The position numbers and the translations under genes are program-made. Of a stretch of 43,669 nucleotides of DNA, positions 38,240 to 43,669 are shown one piece after another (the stretch's first letter is position 1; each line of letters starts with the position of its first letter). The DNA comes from Prevotellaceae bacterium (GTDB lineage: Bacteria > Bacteroidota > Bacteroidia > Bacteroidales > UBA932), in assembly GCA_031254635.1 (NCBI GenBank), contig JAIRUB010000153.1, forward strand, positions 1 to 43,669. Direction: 5' to 3'. The notes under the pieces were generated by a model. The model was not told the DNA's origin, did not search any database, and saw nothing but the letters and a program-made list of their open reading frames with translations.

Positions 38240-38253
38240 GGGGGGGGGGGGGG
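38240..38253. repeat. G14 (C14 on the minus strand) homopolymer
   Basis: Counted directly: ...tatgtggtt + 14 G + aaaaaatt. Confidence 0.95.
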
Positions 38254-38456
38254 AAAAAATTGGTTGTGAATGAGTTGTGGTGATTGTTGAATAACGGAAT
38301 GACTGAGTAACTGAATAATTGAAAATTGGGAGTGGCTCAAGGACCGGAGGCGGTGTATAATACCGCTCAGAACTAACAGCGTATTACATACTATTAGTCT
38401 GTATATGCCTTTCTTATGCTCCATATATCTCATATATTTTGCACTTAATCCTAAGA

Positions 38457-38487
38457 CAAATGTAACATTATTTTTTGGATTTGCAAA
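38457..38487 (-). promoter_or_regulatory. consensus Bacteroidota promoter on the minus strand
   Basis: The minus strand reads TTTG (38484-38487), a 19-nt spacer, then TACATTTG (38457-38464). The module is 24/26 identical to 13192-13217. Confidence 0.5.
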
Positions 38488-38848
38488 TTTTTAAGAGAAA
38501 AATTAAGCAAGGGATTAATGTGGGTTAATATAAACGTTAAGAATTATAATGAGTAGTTTTGTTTTTCTTATAATTTTTTACTTTATCACCTCTTTTTCGT
38601 TAAATATTGTTAAAAAGCATCCTAAAGTGTTAAGCAAGGTTAAATTTTTCATCGGGATACAATATAATTGTCTAATTTTAAGCATTTAAAATGAGGTTTT
38701 TTGATGCCTTAACCAACATTGTGTTTGTGTAAAGCACGCAGATTAAATGATAAGAAAAGAAAAACCTCATTGCGTAATAAGCGTATAGGTGTTTATTGTA
38801 TTGTTGTTTTGGATGTTGAAAGATTGAAGGGTTAAAAATAATTGAGAT

Positions 38849-39523
38849 ATGAAAACTAAACTAACCCAAAAAATTAACAAAATAAAGCATCAATTGTTTA
38901 CCTTAGCGATGCCATTATTGATATGCTGCATGGCCGGGGGGCTTTATGCGCAAACCTCTGATGTGCTGCAGATAGGTGGTAGCTACATGGAAATTCCATT
39001 ACCGGGCTACATTCGCAGAATAGGGCAGCAGCGCGTAGCTATTGACGATAGCAAAACCAATACGCACATCAAGGTAACCGCATCGCCTGCAAGTTTTACG
39101 ATAGTCTATCCGACAACAAACACGGTAGACTTGAACCTGAATATTGACCATACAGGCATGTCTTCCATTCCATACGTTCCTTTAGACGTAATCGCCAAAT
39201 ATCTTGTAACGACAGAAGCAAATTACACGGTGGCGTTAACGGGAAATCCGGATATCAGCAGTTGGCCGTCGATGAATGTGCCGGTAACCAATAACGGGAA
39301 TGCAACGACAAGGGTGTCTTTTGCTAGTATGTCTCAAGGGACATATTATATCCACTGGTATGTAGAGTCGGGTGTTGCTTATGCCCATAGCCTTGACCTT
39401 GTTGTTCCTCCGGCTACTTATGGAGGCTTTGGCGCCTATCAGTTGGTTACTAACCTTACACCGGGTACCATAAGTGGTTCAACAGCCGTTCCATCGGTAA
39501 CTATTACGCTTGTGCCGGACTAA
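38849..39523 (+). CDS. hypothetical secreted protein (adhesin-cluster accessory)
   Basis: 224-aa ORF with a signal peptide (LLICCMAGGLYAQ). The body is T/S/V-rich and beta-like. It ends ...VTITLVPD* within a 19-nt sequence shared with the next gene's end. Confidence 0.6.
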   Translation: MKTKLTQKINKIKHQLFTLAMPLLICCMAGGLYAQTSDVLQIGGSYMEIPLPGYIRRIGQQRVAIDDSKTNTHIKVTASPASFTIVYPTTNTVDLNLNIDHTGMSSIPYVPLDVIAKYLVTTEANYTVALTGNPDISSWPSMNVPVTNNGNATTRVSFASMSQGTYYIHWYVESGVAYAHSLDLVVPPATYGGFGAYQLVTNLTPGTISGSTAVPSVTITLVPD

Positions 39524-39607
39524 ATTAATTGCGAATTAATTGTTAAACAGTGTTAACTATTTTTTCGAGATATGAAATAATTATTTAATTAAGAAAAATG
39601 AAAAAAC

Positions 39608-41716
39608 ATGAAACGTTTTATTATTAGTACACTTGTATTAGTTTTAGCTTGTTTGCCGACACAGCTATTTTCGAGCGTTACTACACAAGGGAAGGAATTC
39701 CTTATTTCTTTTGGCCATCTTCAGACAGGAGTAGCCAATGTTTCGGCAATTAAGATTGTTGCCTCCGACACAACATCTGTTACATTTACTTACTATGGAA
39801 TATCAGGTTCTAATAAAACAGTTGTTATTCCGGGAGGTTCCATTTACCATTATACGTTTACGACTGTGGAACGAACAGCGCTTGTTGCAAACACAACGGC
39901 TTCGAATAACACATTGAGGCTTACAGCCGATAAGCCGGTATCCGTTTATGTTCTCAACGCCAGAGGAAACACAGGAGATGCTACGCTTGTACTACCTTTT
40001 GATGCTTGGGGAACAGAATATCGTCACTTGTCCTACATGCCGGGAAATCACGGAGATGAATATGTTATTGTTGCTAAAGATGCCGGAACGAACATTTACC
40101 GTGGCGGGAGCGGTGTTATTGCTCATACACTGGGAGCAAATCAATCAATAAGATATTCTTTCGGCGGGACTACAGATGGAACCGGTACGCTGATTACTGC
40201 CAATAAACCCATTGCTTATTTTACATCCAATGAAAACCCGATAATTGCCGGAATGAATGTTGGCGATGATGCAATGTATGAACAATTGCCGCCGGCAGAC
40301 ATGTGGGGAACTAATTTTATGGTGCCTACCCCATTAGGTAGCAGTTCTACCGACCCATTGGGTAGTTTTCCTACTGTCAGAGTGGTTGGTTCTGTAAACG
40401 GAACAAGTGTTACCCGCACTTATGCAGGTGGAACCACGCAAACCATTTCCTTAAATGCAGGAGCGTATTTTGATTTTCCTTCAAATACCAATACCGGTTG
40501 TTGGATTACATCGACTCAAGCCATATTGGTTGGCACCTATCTAAACATGCCTGCATTAACATGGGTGCCGCCTACAGACCAAATGATGCCAATGATAATA
40601 GCAGCACCATTTAACGGATTTCTCACCCATAGTGCAATAATATTAGCGCCTACGGCAACCAGAAACCTGACGCAAGTGGCAGTGGGCGACAAAATGTTTT
40701 ATGCAATAAGCGGGGGTAGTTGGCTTACCTGTGTAAACACCGCTTATTCCTATTATGTGGTGCCATTAACTAATTTGACAGATGCTTACATATTTTACCA
40801 TCCGCATGGAATAATCACTTGGATTAAAGGTGTAAGCAGTAATTCATCTTACTATTATGTGGGCGCCGCTGCCGCACGTCCCGATGTTACTGCTTTCTAT
40901 GCCAATAATGTTTCTCACCTTGATTTGCCTACAACTATTATTACCACAAACGCTATAAACTTTAAAGCAGCACTAAGTATGCCGTTGAGTTTGAGCCCCG
41001 GCTTTTTGAAATGGTATATTGATGGTGTGGAAGAAATGGCCGGCAGAGATATGAGTATGTGGAATAAAAATATGCCCAACGGTATTTATGAAATAAAGAT
41101 GGAATTTACGGATGCTAATAATGTACTTGATTTCTTGAACAGTACTTTAACCATTTGTGTCCCTCAGCGCTTTACTGTTTGCGAACATAGCAGCCATGTT
41201 TTTGATGCAGGTACTTTTAACAACAGCAGTAATACTACTTACCAATGGTACAAAAATGGCACTATTCAAGGCGGCGCCACGAGCCAAACTTATTCGTGTG
41301 TTCCAAACAACAACGATGAAATTACCTGTTTTGTAACTATAAATGCGGGTACTCCCAATCAAAAGTCTGCCATTTTATACCGCGCCTTTGTAAGCATAGC
41401 ACCATCAGTAACACCAAGGATAACAATTTCATCCTCAGGTAATAATATTTGTTCGGGCACAAGTATAACCTACACAGCCAATATTACTAATGGTGGCTCT
41501 TCGCCGAGCTATCAGTGGCAAATAAATGGGATACCTGTCGGCGGCGTAACAACAGCAACTTACGCATATCAGCCGGCTAACGGCGATATCATTACCTGTG
41601 TATTATCCTCGAGTGCAACCTGTCCAGTTCCAAATCCTGTTACATCCGCTCCTATAACAATGACAGTAACGCCAACGGTAAATCCTTCGGTAAATATTTC
41701 GGGGGTGCCGGACTAA
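39608..41716 (+). CDS. adhesin-like protein: IgGFc-binding-type N-terminal domain plus Ig-like repeats, no T9SS C-terminal domain
   Basis: 702-aa ORF with a signal peptide. Motifs GKEFLISF, DATLVLPFDAWGTEY, MYEQLPPADMWGTNF and TWVPPTDQM resemble the IgGFc_binding N-terminal domain. Two C-terminal repeats of the T..YQW..NG....G....Y....N.D.ITC type follow. Confidence 0.72.
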   Translation: MKRFIISTLVLVLACLPTQLFSSVTTQGKEFLISFGHLQTGVANVSAIKIVASDTTSVTFTYYGISGSNKTVVIPGGSIYHYTFTTVERTALVANTTASNNTLRLTADKPVSVYVLNARGNTGDATLVLPFDAWGTEYRHLSYMPGNHGDEYVIVAKDAGTNIYRGGSGVIAHTLGANQSIRYSFGGTTDGTGTLITANKPIAYFTSNENPIIAGMNVGDDAMYEQLPPADMWGTNFMVPTPLGSSSTDPLGSFPTVRVVGSVNGTSVTRTYAGGTTQTISLNAGAYFDFPSNTNTGCWITSTQAILVGTYLNMPALTWVPPTDQMMPMIIAAPFNGFLTHSAIILAPTATRNLTQVAVGDKMFYAISGGSWLTCVNTAYSYYVVPLTNLTDAYIFYHPHGIITWIKGVSSNSSYYYVGAAAARPDVTAFYANNVSHLDLPTTIITTNAINFKAALSMPLSLSPGFLKWYIDGVEEMAGRDMSMWNKNMPNGIYEIKMEFTDANNVLDFLNSTLTICVPQRFTVCEHSSHVFDAGTFNNSSNTTYQWYKNGTIQGGATSQTYSCVPNNNDEITCFVTINAGTPNQKSAILYRAFVSIAPSVTPRITISSSGNNICSGTSITYTANITNGGSSPSYQWQINGIPVGGVTTATYAYQPANGDIITCVLSSSATCPVPNPVTSAPITMTVTPTVNPSVNISGVPD

Positions 41717-41727
41717 ATTAATTACCT

Positions 41728-41859
41728 GCCCGCAGTATTTCACAAGCTTTGTTTGCACAGGATGGCGGTATAACCATACAACAACTTTGCTTGTTCGTTG
41801 TTGCTCCCATCTTTGGCGCTGTCTTGGCCGGCGCGCTTTATAAGTAGCTAAAGAAGTAA
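41728..41859 (+). pseudogene. aqpZ: 3' fragment of an aquaporin Z gene
   Basis: Translates as [40 protein letters not shown]. The first 42 nt (41728-41769) are identical to the reverse complement of 29742-29783 in the intact aqpZ. The remainder is diverged but alignable. Confidence 0.88.
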
Positions 41860-41873
41860 GGTTGTTTTGTTTT

Positions 41874-41905
41874 TCCTTGCCCTTGGTTTAAACCAAGGGC
41901 AAGGA
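41874..41905. other. perfect 32-nt palindrome (16-bp stem), likely the relic terminator of the lost aqpZ copy
   Basis: TCCTTGCCCTTGGTTT/AAACCAAGGGCAAGGA, 15 nt after the fragment's TAA. No clear U-tract. Confidence 0.55.
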
Positions 41906-41986
41906 GGAATATTGTAAAAAAAATAGCAGAACTATGCAGCGTTTTTTTTGGTTTTTGCATCTTATACAGAGGGGAAAATATATCTA

Positions 41987-42018
41987 TATATAATTAACAC
42001 TTGTATATAATTAACACT
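41987..42018 (+). repeat. direct repeat 2 x 15 nt
   Basis: TATATAATTAACACT at 41987-42001 and again at 42004-42018, separated by TG. Confidence 0.85.
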
Positions 42019-42042
42019 CTAAGACCCAAATATTAATTTAAA

Positions 42043-42084
42043 ATGAATGATTAGTTGAACATTATGAATGATTAGTTGAACATT
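42043..42084 (+). repeat. perfect tandem duplication 2 x 21 nt
   Basis: ATGAATGATTAGTTGAACATT at 42043-42063 and 42064-42084, about 30 nt upstream of the ATG at 42116. Confidence 0.9.
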
Positions 42085-42115
42085 TAATCCGTGTAAGGTG
42101 TTCAAATCAAGTAAG

Positions 42116-43669
42116 ATGAAAGCCAAACCAAAAAAAACCAATAAACCGTTTATGAAAAAGAAAAGGATGAAAACGATCACTAATACAAAAAAACTTTTTA
42201 TAGCATTGTTATTAAGTTTGGTGGTAACAACCGGCTATTCGCAACACAATGCAACCGAAGGCACGGAGTTTTATGTGACTTTTGTGAATAATAATAATCT
42301 GTCTGCTTCTACTCCAGGCCTTACCTGTCAGATTCGGTATGTGGTAACGGAGGCCTGCACTATTACCGCCCAATATGGCGATGGCAGCTATTTGGAAAAT
42401 AATGCAGTATATGCTCCGGGCGTATATACATTAGAGACCGATAAATCGAAATCATATTATATGGGCGCATCCGGAACCTCCGATAAAATGATAAAGATAA
42501 GCTCTACGAAAAATATCAGCGTGTTCGCTCTTAGTATGTCGGTATTTTCCTCTGATGCCACTACGATATTACCGATAACCACATTGGGCAATAAATATAC
42601 GATACTTTCCAATATAGATATGCCTAACTACGGAGGACATATTGCAGTTATTGCACCAACACCAGGTACTACATTTACCATCCGGCGGCCAGACAATACA
42701 GCAGTGCTTTCCAATCAAAACATAGCAGCTTACAATCAGCCTTATTTTTATTTCGAGGACGGTAGCAATCAAGATTTTACAGGTTATACGGTAGAATCAA
42801 ATCATAACGTAGCAGTTTTTAGCACTAAGATATGTGGCAATCCTGCGCCTGGTGGAGGTTGCGACCATAATTTTGAACAAATGTTCCCTGCCAATACTGC
42901 CGGGAAAGAGTACCTCTTGTGGAGTATGAGCCCGATATATCAATCCTCTAATCCGGCTGGTTATGACAGTTATAGAGTAGTTGCCTTGGAAAACAGTACC
43001 ACTATAACGAGAAGGATAGGTGCAGCAACTACAACTATTTTATTGAATGAAAATGAGGCAAGTAGTATTACCCTTACTCCCAGCAAAGTTACCAATGATC
43101 CTTATGCACATAATTCCTCAGGTGTAATTCAATTTACTTCCAATAACCCATTTCTTGTAGAGCATATACTTGGCCATGCTCCCTGTGTCAAATGGATATC
43201 ACCGGTGGAACAGCGGGTTACCAGCGCCGTATTAACTCCTTTTATTCCTATAGGAAATAGTGTTATTGAATACCACCAGTTACACGTAATGATACCGTCA
43301 GGGTCGCAGGGCTTCTTCACAATGAAAGAAACGCGTGGCGGAATATCCCAAAATGTAGACTTAACCTTCTATACTAATATCACTAATCAATATTATACGA
43401 TTGCATATAAAGAATATGCAAAATTTGATGATGTGTTAATAGAACTGTCGAATCCGGCAGGGCTTATTGCTTATATGGCCGGTTATGGGCAAGCCGAATC
43501 CTATCTTTTTACCGCCGGTGTCAGTGCGTTTAATCTGCAGACATATTATACCATTACCACTAAAACTACACCTTTCAGCGATGTATATTATACAGATACC
43601 GAAGAAAACACGCATACCTTTGTTTCATCGGATAACATAACGCTAAAGCGCACCATAGAAAAGCCCTTT
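42116..43669 (+). CDS. adhesin-like protein with IgGFc-binding-type N-terminal domain (partial, runs off the window)
   Basis: The frame is open for 518 codons to the window end and is absent from the ORF track because it has no stop. Sequence: MKAKPKK...LFIALLLSLVVTTGYSQ, GTEFYVTF, DATTILPITTLGNKY, DHNFEQMFPANTAGKEY, KWISPVEQ, MAGYGQAESYLFTAG. It is a paralog of 39608-41716. Alternative starts are at 42152 and 42167. Confidence 0.8.
   Translation, partial: MKAKPKKTNKPFMKKKRMKTITNTKKLFIALLLSLVVTTGYSQHNATEGTEFYVTFVNNNNLSASTPGLTCQIRYVVTEACTITAQYGDGSYLENNAVYAPGVYTLETDKSKSYYMGASGTSDKMIKISSTKNISVFALSMSVFSSDATTILPITTLGNKYTILSNIDMPNYGGHIAVIAPTPGTTFTIRRPDNTAVLSNQNIAAYNQPYFYFEDGSNQDFTGYTVESNHNVAVFSTKICGNPAPGGGCDHNFEQMFPANTAGKEYLLWSMSPIYQSSNPAGYDSYRVVALENSTTITRRIGAATTTILLNENEASSITLTPSKVTNDPYAHNSSGVIQFTSNNPFLVEHILGHAPCVKWISPVEQRVTSAVLTPFIPIGNSVIEYHQLHVMIPSGSQGFFTMKETRGGISQNVDLTFYTNITNQYYTIAYKEYAKFDDVLIELSNPAGLIAYMAGYGQAESYLFTAGVSAFNLQTYYTITTKTTPFSDVYYTDTEENTHTFVSSDNITLKRTIEKPF

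Noticed and set aside
38230-38433. 67-aa ORF ending in PPPPPTT across the C14 tract.
   Set aside because: Most of it is encoded by low-complexity word repeats (SHSQFSIIQLLSHSVIQQSPQLIHNQ). It is treated as leader sequence or a possible uORF, not annotated as a protein gene.
1-43669. CRISPR arrays, tRNA genes and rRNA genes.
   Set aside because: No array of regularly spaced repeats of 24 nt or more was seen. The tandem repeats found are 7-21 nt with 2-6 copies and no spacers. No tRNA T-arm or acceptor-like (GGTTCGAATCC-type) or rRNA-like sequence was noticed by eye.

Overview
The window reads as a Bacteroidota-type chromosomal segment. Supporting signs are many TAnnTTTG -7 promoter boxes, abundant Cys-lipobox lipoproteins, a Tat-signal TldD/PmbA pair, an AsmA-like protein and IgGFc-binding-type adhesins. 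All calls come from reading the ORF translations and DNA by eye; no searches were run and domain names rest on remembered motifs.

The backbone is housekeeping: ogt, pcm, uvrA, pyrF, kbl, aqpZ, pepE, an S1/P1 nuclease, M23 and M14 peptidases, and a metallophosphoesterase. Several decay or accessory patches interrupt it:
- an IS5-like transposase remnant at 12.3-12.9 kb
- an AT-rich graveyard at 21.6-23.3 kb, with inverted IS5-family fragments around remnants of a peptide-export locus and a diadenylate-cyclase fragment
- a second IS remnant truncating a GNAT gene at 25.8-26.15 kb
- a 34-43.7 kb accessory block holding a GIY-YIG gene, a tightly coupled lipoprotein/lipase-like/beta-propeller operon, and a divergent cluster of adhesin-like genes

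No tRNA, rRNA or CRISPR array was seen.

The most unusual signals, none of them a recognisable named system:
1. A family of heptamer-based, palindrome-closed micro-repeat elements sits in intergenic spacers and also in frame inside uvrA and a UbiD-family gene. It also appears to encode a signal-peptide core.
2. Two extreme homopolymers: T18 inside tldD, and G14 in the leader of the lipase-like operon.
3. An exact 19-nt junction is shared by the stop codons of two unrelated adjacent ORFs. The second copy abuts an inverted 3' fragment of aqpZ.
4. A consensus promoter points into an 830-bp gap that has long-range pairing and a once-interrupted small reading frame.
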